From Octopus sinensis (taxonomy: Eukaryota): 64,000 nt of DNA. Where the stretch lies: contig NC_043001.1 of NCBI RefSeq assembly GCF_006345805.1, positions 20,150,001 through 20,214,000 of the forward strand, written 5' to 3'. Shown in pieces: positions 24,599 through 37,091 of the stretch (position 1 is the stretch's first letter; every line of letters starts with the position of its first letter). A model generated the notes under the pieces. That model had not been told where the DNA came from. It made no database searches and saw only the letters and a program-made list of their open reading frames with translations. Both the position numbers and the translations under genes were made by a program.

Positions 24599-24888
24599 CT
24601 AGGAAAAGAAAAAAAAAAAAGAGAAAGATTGTTCATAAAAATAAATAAAAGAAAATAAGTGCAAAACTAATGAAATTAGTAAAAACGGAAAAAAAATTAT
24701 AATAAAAAAATTAAGGATTTTTCACTTTTCTATAGCTTTTGCAGTAATAATAAAAATAAGGAAACCTCTAATAAAAAAAAAAAACCTTCCAGATGTGAAC
24801 ATCTTACTTTGTTTTCGCAAAGTATATCTAAGAATATAATCATATGTTCTTTTTGATTTAGCTGCTATTCCTACAGTGTAAAAACTTG

Positions 24889-25296
24889 GGAACTTTTCGG
24901 TTTGAACGGCAGTTTTTTCTAGCGGTGTCATATGAAATTGTCACTCATAATTATGACCCTAGAATCGATCTATTGCATTTCAATCTCTTTTAGGGTTAGG
25001 GGTGGGGGAAGGGTATCTTTTTTTCTTCACAAATGTAAATAAACCCAATCTGTTTCTTAAACGAGGGACATATTCATACGGCACAGAATGCTTTTTAACT
25101 CAATAGACATCACTGATTGGTTGAAATTGCAGAAATTGAAGAAAAAACAACAAATATCTTACAAACTATAGTATTTTCTCAATAAAGCCAAGAGAAAGAG
25201 ATGTTTTATAAACACATTCTACCAGTATACGAAGTTTAAAATTTTTTAATTACCTAGAAATTATGTTAAAAACTGCCATTCAAACTGAAAAGATCC
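24889..25296. mobile_element. hAT-type MITE, 8-bp TSD AAAACTTG
   Basis: TIR GGA(T/A)CTTTTCGGTTTGAA; 8-bp duplication exact. Confidence 0.9.
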
Positions 25297-26161
25297 AAAA
25301 CTTGAATTCTTGGTTATTTATTATGGCACTTATGAGAAGGAATAAAGCTGAAATTTTTCAAGTGTACAACCAATGTTTTGTGAATGGAATTTGATAGACA
25401 GAAACTGTACTGAAGCCTACCATATCCATATCTATCCCTGATCTCCAAAACAAAAAATCAGTTTGTTCTTTTCCCAAAGAACGTTCGTTCTACTATGAAT
25501 TTATCTCCCTTTACCATTCAGAATTGCTAATAAGTGCCATTTTGTTTTGTTTATTATTATCATTTTTTTGTCTCTACAAAGGAAATCTTAAGAGTATATT
25601 TTGTACAGCATTAAATATGACGCCCCGTCTTGACTTTGGTATCCAAATTCATGCCACTGACCTTTTCTGAATTGTCTTAGCCCTATTTCCTCCCCACTAA
25701 ATATGTTATTTCAACCATGGATTTCTTCTCATTTCTAAATTCTTGAAATTATCTCCCATTTTCATTCAGGTTATTGTTTACATTCTTTATCAATGAAAAA
25801 ATATATATATATATATATAACGTATCCTGTACACTATCTCTCTTATCATTGACATTGTTATCCCTATTTATAGCACTATCTTTTAAGCTACTTTCTTTTT
25901 GGATTTGTGTGTGTATGATGAGCACGTGCCCAAATATTTAGTCTAAAAACCAGGGTAGTTTACATTAGCATTCCTTTATGTCCAGTAACTTAGCAGATAG
26001 ACAAATGGAAATGGATAAAATAAGCACTGATGTAAATACTGGGTTTGGTATGATTAACTAAATGAATCATTAAAGGTGGTGCCCCAGAATGGCCAGTAAA
26101 AACGGTTTATACTATATAACAGGTAAAGATTCCTCCTTTTCAACTTTAGAATCTATTGGTA

Positions 26162-26390
26162 GGTACTACTTAAGAAAAGTGGTCCCGGTGCGTGCACTCG
26201 CGCAAGCTAGTCGTGACTAGTCGATCCTTACTTTGTGTTTTTTGTGTTTTAAAAGAATTATTTACTTTGTGTAAAAAAATTATTTATTTACTTTGCTAGG
26301 TAGTCATAGGATCGACTAGTTACGACTAGCTAGCGCTGATGCGCGAGTACTAGAGTGAGCGCACCGGGACCACTCTTCTTAAGTAGTACC
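26162..26390. mobile_element. MITE with long TIRs, MULE-like 9-bp TSD
   Basis: GGTACTACTTAAGAAAAGTGGTCCCGGTGCG / CGCACCGGGACCACTCTTCTTAAGTAGTACC; flanks CTATTGGTA / CTATTAGTA (1 mismatch). Confidence 0.8.
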
Positions 26391-26793
26391 CTATTAGTAT
26401 AGGTTTCAAATTTTGGCACAAAACCAGCAAGTTGACCCTAATGCTCAACTGGTATTTATCGATCTCAAGCGGATGAAAGGCAAAGTTGACCATAGCGGAA
26501 TTTGAACTCAGAATGTAAAGACAGACAAAATGCTGTTTTACATGCTGACCTCACTTGTGCCAGTGCCATACAAAAAGCACCCAGTGCTATGAAGTTAGGA
26601 AGGGCATCTGGCCATTGAAGCTGGATATTGGAGCTTAGTGCAATCCTCCAGCTTGTCAGCTTCTGTCAAACCATTCAAATCATATCAGCATGGGAAACAG
26701 ACCTATGAGGAGAATGATATGTGCAGGTTTTTGTTTTGATATTGTGATCGTTATAAATGATCATCACCATCATACAGGTGTCCTTTCATGTCC

Positions 26794-27449
26794 GAGGAAT
26801 TATGTACATTATTTACATTCGACGGATATTTGTCCTGATCTTGTTTGTTGTTAACACAACGTTTCAGCTGATATACCCTCCAGCCTTCATCAGGTGTCTT
26901 GGGGAAATTTCAAACCTGGGTTCTCATTCCTAAGGTATTTTTCGATGTTATTATTATTATTGTTCAGGTCACTGCTTGGAATCGAACTCAGAATCTTGGG
27001 GTTAGTAGCCCGCGCTCTTAACCACTATGCCACATTGAAGCTTGGTGCAGTCCTCCAGCTTGTCAGCTTCTGTCAAACCATTCAAATCATATCAGCATGG
27101 GAAACAGACCTATGAGGAGAATGATATGTGCAGGTTTTTGTCTTGATTATTGTGATAGTTATAAATGATCATTACCATCATATAGGTGTCCTTTCGCCAC
27201 ATGCCCGTGGGCATATGGCGTAGTGGTTAAGAGTGCGGGCTACTAACCCCAAGATTTCAAGTTCGATTCCAAGCAGTGACCTGAACAATAACAACAACAA
27301 TAATAACATCGAAAAATACCTTAGGAATGAGAACCCAGGTTCGAAATTTCCCCAAGACACCCGAAGAAGGCTGGAGAGTATATCAGCTAAAATGTTGTGT
27401 TAACAACAAACAAGATGAGGACAAATATCTGTCGAATGTAAATAATGTG
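26794..27449. mobile_element. Family D inverted pair: minus copy 26794-27034 and plus copy 27196-27449
   Basis: Two near-full copies head to head, separated by a duplicate of upstream genomic DNA. Confidence 0.85.
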
Positions 27450-29023
27450 TGAAGAAATAATATCTCACTGGGAAACAAGTGAGGGTCAGTGTCGGGAATG
27501 GCATCTAACCATAAAAAAATTTGCCTTCACAAATAGCATTCAACCTATGCAAACATGGAAAAGTGGCCATGAAGCTGATGATGACCAAAATTTGTATCTG
27601 TACCCATCATCATTTTAAGTTTAAATACAGTTCAAATGTTAATATATTTTGCATGTAAATATACAAACTAAAGATGAGGTTAATAGTGGCTAATTTTCTT
27701 CTCAAAAATTACATATTTTTGTTCTGAAGCAAACAATAGAATAACTTCATAGAATATAGTTTAACCTTTATGGCCTGGCTGGTACATATTTGTACCAGTC
27801 AAAAATTTTACAACCTATAAGATGCAGTATAGAACTGCCAGATGTATGAAAGGAGTACATGATACTATAATCCTTTCTATTGTAGGCACAAGCCCTGAAA
27901 CCTGGGGGAGGAGGTAGTCAATTACATCGACCCCAGTGTGTAACTGGTACTTATTTAATCAACCCCGAAAGGATGAAAGGCAAAATTGACTTCAGCAGAA
28001 AAATGACTGCTCAAAAGGCTCACATGTATACAAACCCCATACCATTACCGACTTGAGAAAAAATTCCAGGTTGAAAGGGTTAACAGAAGACGAACTGAAA
28101 ACTAGAAAGAGAGATGAGAGACAGTCAAATGCTGAACACTGCAAAAACACATCACATGTCATAGTGTTGTAGACATTTTTATGGCTTAGTCAGAAGATAG
28201 GACAGGACCCGTCTCATGACTTTTTTGCAAGGCTCCAAGACTACTTGAAGAAAGGGAGGAAGGAATCATGAATTACTGTCAGACTAGAAACCTAATGCAA
28301 ATATTTGGAACTAAGAGGACTTCACTAAAGGTATCCAATGGCCAAGCTAATGCAATGGTCTTCCACACAGTGTCTGTTGACCAAATTACATTCAGAAGGT
28401 TTGGGCTGAGTTGAATTATGTAGAAGACACCCAGGGTAACATTGAGTGATATTGAACTCAAAACCCCTTGTAAATGTGAAGTGAACTTCCAACCTACACA
28501 CACATTAACAAAATGAGAATCTTTACAGAAAAAAAACAATCTAATCTATTAATACATACAGACTGATTCAGTATTTAATTAATTAATTTAAAGCTTGTTA
28601 TTGAAATTATACTAGTCAACCGAAATTTTATGATTGACTAAAATGATTTTTTTTTTGGAAATTTCAAGAAGACATGACAGTTTTATTTAAACTATTTCAG
28701 GAACAACTTGTAGTGTTCAGTTTGGAAACATAATTGATTTCAATAAATTAACTTTTAAAGAAGAGATTCTTTTATAAAATATGAATTAGGATTAAACTTC
28801 ATCCACATGTTCAGCTTCCTAGCTGTGAATTAGTACTAATTTAACAACCCTATGCTAACCAGGTAATATAGCAACTTCATTTGACAAGCTAATAAAAACA
28901 TGTGGTTCAAGGCTTGATTGCACCACACAGCTTGAGTGGCGTCTCCTACTATGGCTACAGATAAACCAAAGATTTGTGACTGAAATTTACTAGACAGAGA
29001 ACTATGTTCAAATGTATTAGATA

Positions 29024-29703
29024 CTAGCAGTATCGCCCGGCGTTGCTCGGGTTTGTAAGGGAAATAACTATATAAGCCTTTTTAGAGAGTTATAGCCAAA
29101 AAATAGCAAAAAATGCATTAAAAATGGAAAAAATATGATGGTAAATTTTTTTTTAAATCGTTGACTCATCGTAGACATTTTTAGAGAGTTACTTCCCTTA
29201 TATAATAGCGAAAAAATGCATTAAAATGGAAAAAAAACGATGGTAAATTTTTTTTTAAATCGTAGACTCATGTAGACGCTTTCTTAGCCATTTCTGTTTT
29301 GGTGTCTTCAAGCCATGAAGTCGTTGTTCTAAAAGAACGCTGGTCTCCTTGACTATAAGATACACGACGTTGATTTCCTTAAACTCCCTTCCCCACAGCT
29401 TCACGAGTGAGGGAAGAAGGGGGAGAAGCAAACACAGGTGCAGGTGTTTGAGCGTGGATGCCAACTCTGCCGCCATCGACACACGAAAAATTATGCATTA
29501 AAATGGAATAAAAAATGATGTTAAATTATTTTAAAAATCGTAGACTCATCGTAGACGCGCGCTAATAGCCAGACGGGCTTGATATTAATCACGACTATAA
29601 GATACCCGAATTTGGTTAAACTGCACCGCAAAATGTGGGAGGAGTTAGGAATCTAAATCGTAGGAGACAGACACTCACACAACTACAGTTTTATATATAT
29701 AGA
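29024..29703 (-). mobile_element. Non-autonomous Helitron
   Basis: Minus strand starts A|TCTATATATATAAAA and ends CCCGAGCAACGCCGGG hairpin...CTAG|T; internal ~95-bp repeats. Confidence 0.85.
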
Positions 29704-32428
29704 TATGTGTGTATGTGTGTGTAGATTGATGAGGTATGGCATTATCTGTGTGCTGGACAAAAATAACTTTAGGTATTAATATTTAGGATGATGTAATTTT
29801 TTGTTCAAGTGAACTTTACCTTTATAAAGGACAAAGATATATGGTACATTGTTATACTCAAAAAGACATGTCCTCTACACGGTACTATGTAAAAAGTGCT
29901 GGTGCCACATAAAAAGCAACCAGTACACTCTGTGAAGTGGCTGGCATCAGGAAAAGTATCCAGTCGTAAAAACTAAGCCAAAACAGACTATGAAATCTGG
30001 TGTGGGCCCCTGGTCTTGCTAACTCCTATCAAGCTGTCCAACCCATTTCAACATGGAATAAAATAGATGCATAATGATGAAGTCAATGAAATAAGTGCCA
30101 GATAAAGAAAATAAGATTAATATCTGTCGGTTTCAACAGCAAGCATTTTTGTTCTTTTGATCTCAGAAACGACCAACTCTTTGAATAATGGTAAAGGCGA
30201 CTGACTAGTACGCTTGATATTATTGCCAAACAGAATCAGGGTGACACAGTGTGACAAAGCTGGGCCAGTGAATTATAGATATAGTCCATCCAACAGTTTC
30301 CATCTACCTAATTTGTATCACAAGGTTTGGGTAGAAGTGAGGTTAAGGTGAAAGACTCTCACCCAAGCTGTCACACAACAGGATTGAACTGTTGACTAAA
30401 AAAAAAACCCATTGAAGATGGTTTTGTCAGTAAGGCCATAGTCTAATGACTGAAACCAGTAACAGAACAAAAGAATATACATAATCTTTTTGTCAATTAT
30501 ATTATGGTATCATCATCATTTAGCGTCTGCTTTCCATGCTAGCATGGGTTGGACGGTTCAACTGGGGTCTGGGAAGCCAGAAGGCTGCACCAGGCCGAGT
30601 CTGATCTGGCAGTATTTCTACGGCTGGATGCCCTTCCTAACGCCAACCACTCCGTGAGTGTAGTGGGTGCTTTTTACGTGCCACCGACACAGGTGCCAGA
30701 CGGGGCTGGCAAACGGCCACGGATGGATGGTGTTTTTTATGTGCCACCAGCACAGGGGCCAGGCGAAGCTGGCAATGGCCACGGATGGATGGTGTTTTTT
30801 ATGTGCCACCAGCACAGGGGCCAGGCGAAGCTGGCAATGGCCACGATTGGATGGTGCTTTTTACGTGCCACCGACACGGAGGCCAGTTGGGGCGGCGCTG
30901 GCAACGCATTTTACGTGCCACCGGCACGGTGCAAGAGGTATGTTATTAAGATAAAAAAAAATCTACTTCATTAAACAATTAGGGAACCTAGTATAACATT
31001 GAGCATTACACTGTAACAAAATTTAAATTTTTTTTTGTCTTTGGTTAGTAAGTGTTATTTCCTATTTGTTTCTATCCAGAAATCAATGGAAATGACTACT
31101 ATTCCTTTCAAACTTTGCTTTTGTGACCTGGACATCAATGTTTTAAAACTGACCCATTTTCCATTACATTTCACACAGATTCAGCACTGAGTTGCTGAAG
31201 CAGAAATATCGTTATAGCAAATATTCTGCTCAATACCACAGATTTGCTTGATCTTAACCACTTAAGCTTGTCCCTTTAGTGGCTGACAATATGTGCATCT
31301 CTGATCATGAGCAGGAGTAGTTGGGGAGCATCATAGCCATGTGTTGAGTGTGATTATTTGGGGCTTGAATAAATGAAACAAAAGCAAAGTTTGATAGAAA
31401 TTTTAGCCAATTTTTATACTTTCTAAGGGTTAAGCAAATAGGAAATAACAGCTGCTACCCAAGGACAAAAATCATGTCCCACAGTGTTATGAAACTCTGC
31501 AATATGTTACTATCCTCAACATAGCTGAATGACAAAGAGCAATAGTTACTTTATTCTTTCCTACTCTAGGCACAAGGCCCAAAACTTTTGGGGAGGGGAG
31601 GGGGCAGTCGATTAGATCGACCCCAGTATGCAACTGGTACTTAATTTATCGATCCCGAAAGGATGAAAGGCAAAGTTGATCTTGGCGGAATTTGAACTCA
31701 AAACGTAGTGGCAGACAAAATACCTATTTCTTTACTACCCACAAGGGGCTAAACACAGAGAGGACCAACAAGGACAGACAAATGGATTAAGTCGATTATA
31801 TCGACCCCAGTGCATAACTGGTACTTAATTTATCGATCCCGAAAGGATGAAAGGCAAAGTCGACCTCGGCGGAATTTGAACTCAGAACATAACGGCAGAC
31901 GAAATATGGCTACACATTTCGCCCGGCATGCTAACGTTTCTGCCAGCTTAATTTATTATTAAATAAGTGGATTAATATACAGGATAAACAACAGTGATTA
32001 CCAATCAAGTGTAATTCAATCTTGTTTATATTATGATAGAAGAGTTTGAATAAGTGATTAATTGCAAAAGATTGATATGCAGTGATTGACAATCTGAATT
32101 ATTGTTCAACCTCAGCTCAGAGAAAGAGTATGGAAAGCTACAGTAACTAATGCAACTTTAAGACAGTGGAATGTGTGATTCAAAGGATATTCGGTTGTTT
32201 CTAAGAACTGGTATGTAACAACATAGGGTCTAACTTTACATATAACACGTGATCCACCAATAAAAAAAAAAACCATTGTCATCAATATTGGTGCAATCAC
32301 AATAGTTTGTTAAGCATAGAAACTTTAAAACAATTGAAAATAGTGTGAAGCTAATTAATGTCTTCCTTAAATCACTACCTACCATTAAAAACAAGAGGTT
32401 AATGGATAATCTAGTCATAGATACCTAC

Positions 32429-32514
<86 letters not shown>

Positions 32515-33573
32515 TATATATATATCATCATCACCGTTTAACATCTGCTTTCCATGCTAGTATGGGTTGGACAATTTTGACTGAGGGCTGGTGAACTAGA
32601 TGGCTGCACCAGGCTCCAATCTCTATCTGGCAGAGTTTCTACAGTTGGATGCCCTTCCTGAGGCCAACCACTCCGAGAGTGTAGTGGGTGCTTTTTATGT
32701 GCCACCGGCACGGGGGCCAGTCAGGCGGTACTGGCAATGACCTCGCTCGAATCTTTTTACAAGTGCCAGTGAAGCGATGTTGGTAACGATCACGCTCGAA
32801 TGGTGCCCTTTTACGTGCCACGGGTACAGACACACTCGGATACACACACACAAGACAGGATGGTCATGATTGGAACATCTTTGATCATAGGTTTGCTAAA
32901 TGAGGGCCCATCTGGATCAACAACAAACCACTTCTTCCCTGAAGTATTGATCTGTGAGTATCATACATCACAGAAAAAAATAATCTACGATTGTGACAAT
33001 GAAGATGTACTTTGTATTACAAACCTGTAAGCCTGTTCAAGTCATGCTAACATAAAAAGAGATATTAAAATGCTGATAATTTATGGTATAAAGAGTAAAT
33101 AATTTGGTGGAGCTTATTCTATTTTCTCATGCGATAATATATTGTCTATGTAAGCTACCTAACTTTAAAAAAACATGATGTTAACCACAATGATTTTGTT
33201 GGTTGTACTTGTTAAAGATCTTTTGACTTTTGTAAATGGAGATTTCAAATCTCTTTCTCACCTAATACAATTGGTTTCATTAGTCATATCATAAAATAGT
33301 ATCATGTGATTTGAAACAAAGTCAGTATTTGATAACCACATTTATTCTGAAAGTACATTTAGTTATGACGTACAAGGGAGATTTGGGGTTTTGGCATTTA
33401 ACACTTGAATAATTCTGATGTATTAAATACAGTAAAAACACTTATTCTAAATCCCAGCAAGTATTCAAGAAACAACTCAACTAATAATTACTTAGTAATT
33501 TAATATTTTGAATACGAATAATATTCAGACGTTTAAGAATTTTTGTTTATCATAAGCAAACAGATAACATTAA

Positions 33574-33793
33574 CCCTTTCATTACTGTATTTATTTTGAG
33601 ATGTTCTGTGTTTCTTTCAATTACTTTAAATATAATAAAGAATTTAGCAAAATAACTTAGTTATCATTCATCAAGTGTTAGGAACAAAAATTGTGACTAA
33701 GGTTTGGTGGAAGATTTTAATTCAAAACTTATGAAAACAAGACATTTGTACTCAGAGCCAGAGGCAGTTTCAGTTGGGTTGGTATCAAAAGGG
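33574..33793. mobile_element. piggyBac-like MITE
   Basis: TTAA|CCCTTT...AAAGGG|TTAA; homologous to 8754-8972. Confidence 0.8.
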
Positions 33794-34507
33794 TTAAAGC
33801 TATTTAACAAAAGCAAAAATGATAGAAATATCAATTAGCTAAAACTGAGATAGAAGCCCTTACAAACTTATTATAAAGACATTAACTTTCAGATGAACAA
33901 CTTTATTGCAGAATTTCCAATAAAAACAATCAGCTTGTCTTCATTATAAGTAGTTCTGAATGAACAATATTGATAATAGCTACAAAGACAAAATAAAACC
34001 TAATTTTTGAATCATTAAATCATTTATTGGTGAAATTCACAGTATGTTTAACACTGGGTCAGCCCCAGCTGAGCAAACTTATAGATCAAAGGTAAAGACC
34101 ACCCCAACTGGGTTTTTGTTTTTTTTAGGTGTAGTGTATGTATCACTACATTATCTAATGTGCACTTGCTGTGTTAAAATGGCAGGGAATGATTTAAAGG
34201 AGATTTGGGTGCTATTTCTAGTAGATTGAGTGACCATGTGGTTTTCAAGAAATATTATGAGATCAAGGATCACAAGCACAATGCTAATTTATATGAAACA
34301 TACTTAAACATACTGGACACAAGCAGGGTTTGATCAACCCCAACTGGGTCACTTGGATGAGGGTGTCTGATGCTGAAAGACCCCAGGAAACATTGCTGAT
34401 GATGTGCCCAGGTGCATCACAGAATGATGTATGGAAAAAACATGACAGAAATGTAACAGTACAAGCCAGAAATGTAGAGAAAAAATAATTGAATGGAAGA
34501 AACTCAC

Positions 34508-35700
34508 CAAGCATCATGACAGCGGGTTGTCGGGACATTAACATTTTGATGCAACTGGTAATGTTGATCAGGATAATCTACATTAGGACAATGAAGTCTG
34601 CTATCTAAATGCTGAGAATTGTCAACATAGAAAGAATTAATGTAGTCTTGGGTCTGATGAATAGAGTTTGAATGATAGCCATGTCCAGGAGACTGCTGTG
34701 GTATCTTAAGACAACCATTTCCATCAGGTGGGATAGCAGAATAAAACTGGGATGATGCATGTGATTGCTGCCTATGTTCTGGGTGATATGAACGTGCAAA
34801 AAAGGGTGGTGACACCAATGCATTCACAAAATTAAACATCTCAGGGACTTTCTTATGAGTCATTAAATTAGGATAAGATCCAACAGATAGTGCCTTTCGG
34901 TAAATATCATCTGCTGTATAGGCAAAGTTTTGGGGAATAACATATTGCTCATAGTTATGTTGTTGTTGTTGTTGCTGCTGCTGTTGTTGTTGTTGCTGTT
35001 GTTGTTGATAACCAAGGTTCTCTTGGTCATGCATTATGTAACTATTAGATGTTATTGATGAAGGAGACTGATTGTAAAAATTATCATTTTTCCCTTTGCC
35101 GACAATTTTCCTGTTATTTCTCCACATATCCTCTCCATGATATTTACTGCTGTTGTCTTTCTTTTTCCTATGACTTTGATTAAACAAGTTAGTAATTGTA
35201 TTCGAAAAATTAGATGACCTGACCAAATCAATATTTTGGTTAGCATTGATATCAGGCCGATGTGTTGTCAGCCCCAAATCTTCATTATCAGAGTTGTTAT
35301 CAAGAGGACTAACATCAATGGAATCTGGAACCAGTGGACCATTTGATTTGTCAAGGTGATCATCATTATTCTCTAATAATATAGCTGATAATGAAGACTT
35401 CACAGAGTTTTGGGAAGGAATTCTTTTGTTCTTGCATCGACTGGATCCACTTGCAAATTCTTTACTTTGACTATTATTCCTGTGAAATTCATGTGCTACT
35501 TGTCCTATGCTGTTATTAAGTGAGATTTTTGAAGAGTCTTTAAAACTATTGATCGGACTATAATTGTCCCAGGCCACATCTATTTTACCACCGATGGGTA
35601 GTTGATTGTCAGTCTGTTCTAATGTACTTGCTTTGAGGATTCCACCTTTTGATTTATCATACTCATCTTTTCCCATAGTGCAATGCATCACAATTACATC
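34508..35700 (-). CDS. F-box/LRR gene, large exon 1 (probable start ATG at 35688 or 35676) with Q16 tract
   Basis: ctgtttcag|GAT...TG|gtgagt; 1193 nt within the 395-aa ORF; TG+G gives Trp joining exon 2 in frame. Linkage across the 9.9-kb intron is inferred from phase and strand only. Confidence 0.75.
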
Positions 35701-35922
35701 CTGAAACAGAATGAAACAAAATGCAATTAAATAACAAATATCACCACTTTAATAATCATTTCAAACACATTTCTTTAAACTGTTATTGATTTAATCAGAA
35801 ACCTTGACCCCACCCCATATAAAATGTACTGCAACTCTTCTATTATTATTATTCATGCCCGTTTCCATGCAGGTATAAGCTGGATGGGTCCAAATGGTAC
35901 AAGTTAGTTTTTATATGAAGTT

Positions 35923-36224
35923 GTTTGTTCCTTCTAGAGCCACACCTGGCCCATAAAGGCTGGTTTCCTGGTTTCCTTGGCGTATAGGTTCCCCACCTGG
36001 ATGAGACGTCAGTCCGTCGCAGGTGAACTGCAAGATGCAGGAGGAAAGAGTGAGAGAAAGTGGTGGCGAAAGAGTCAGCAGAAGTTCGCCATTACCTTCT
36101 GCCGGAGCCGCGTGGAGCTTAGGTGTTTCGCTCATAAACACACACATCACCCGGTCTGAGATTCAAACCTGTGATCCCTCAACCACAAGTCTGCTGCTCT
36201 AACCACTAGGCCATGTGCCTCCAC
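35923..36224 (-). mobile_element. Family F SINE, full length with 12-bp TSD
   Basis: TTATATGAAGTT on both sides; A and B boxes on the minus strand. Confidence 0.88.
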
Positions 36225-37091
36225 TTATATGAAGTTACTTCTTCCTAAATGGGTTGGAAAACTATGCCTCATTTGCATTTTCCCATTCTGAGCAATGTTT
36301 CTGCAGATGAATGCCCTTTCTGATATTAACCACTTTACAGAGTATATGGTTATAAGATTTATCATGGCATATGTATTAATTCAAAAGCCAGCCGCATTAC
36401 AGGACACTAGGTGCATTTTAGTGTGACACCAACAAAAGAAAGGTGCATTGTCCCCTGCAAGACAAAGAAATTCTTTTTTGCTTGGTGATCCAGAGTGTGA
36501 CAAAGGAAAGAGTAATGGGACGGTAAGAGGTAGCAAAGGAGGAGAGAAAGCATGAGTAGCTTGATGGGGAAGCAAATGAGAATGTCATAGTAAGAGAGAG
36601 TTGGATAGCAACAGAGATGGGTGATGGTAAGAGAGAGAGGCACAGTGATAAGTTACACATTAGCTGTTGGTAGAAGGTTGAAGAGAAAACAGAATAAGCA
36701 GCAGAACAGGGTAGAAATAAAAATACATCGCAGAGAAAGAGAAAAGGAGACTGAGTGAGTGAGTGAGTGAGTGAGTGATGGATAGCAACAGATGATGATG
36801 GTAAGAATGGTATGTTAGTTAAGAGTCACACGAGGTGAAGGTGAAGGTTAGACAGCAGTGGAAGGTGACAGAAGGCAGATACTGAATATGAGCAGAGCCA
36901 ATGCAATTTCTCATCACACAGATTTCACGATGAAAGATATGAGCGATAGAGTGATGAAGTGGGGGTAAATACTATTTAATAAACTCAACAAGTTTTAGCA
37001 ACATTCCTATAATTGCTACCACGGAAGATTTTACTATACACAGACTAATAAATCTTTAAATTTTACTTACTACAGTCTTAGTCTGACTTAA

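Noticed and set aside
27205-27280. tRNA-like sequences here and at the heads of families B, C and F
   Set aside because: A/B boxes are present but run into SINE bodies without a proper cloverleaf; not tRNA genes.
28279-28539. Two long open minus frames in intron 1
   Set aside because: No phase-2/phase-2 exon with credible splice sites, and no recognisable motif.
30549-30974. 141-aa ORF with spaced repeats, CRISPR-like at first glance
   Set aside because: Internal tandem units of family A; the spacers are near-identical, there are no cas genes and the context is eukaryotic.
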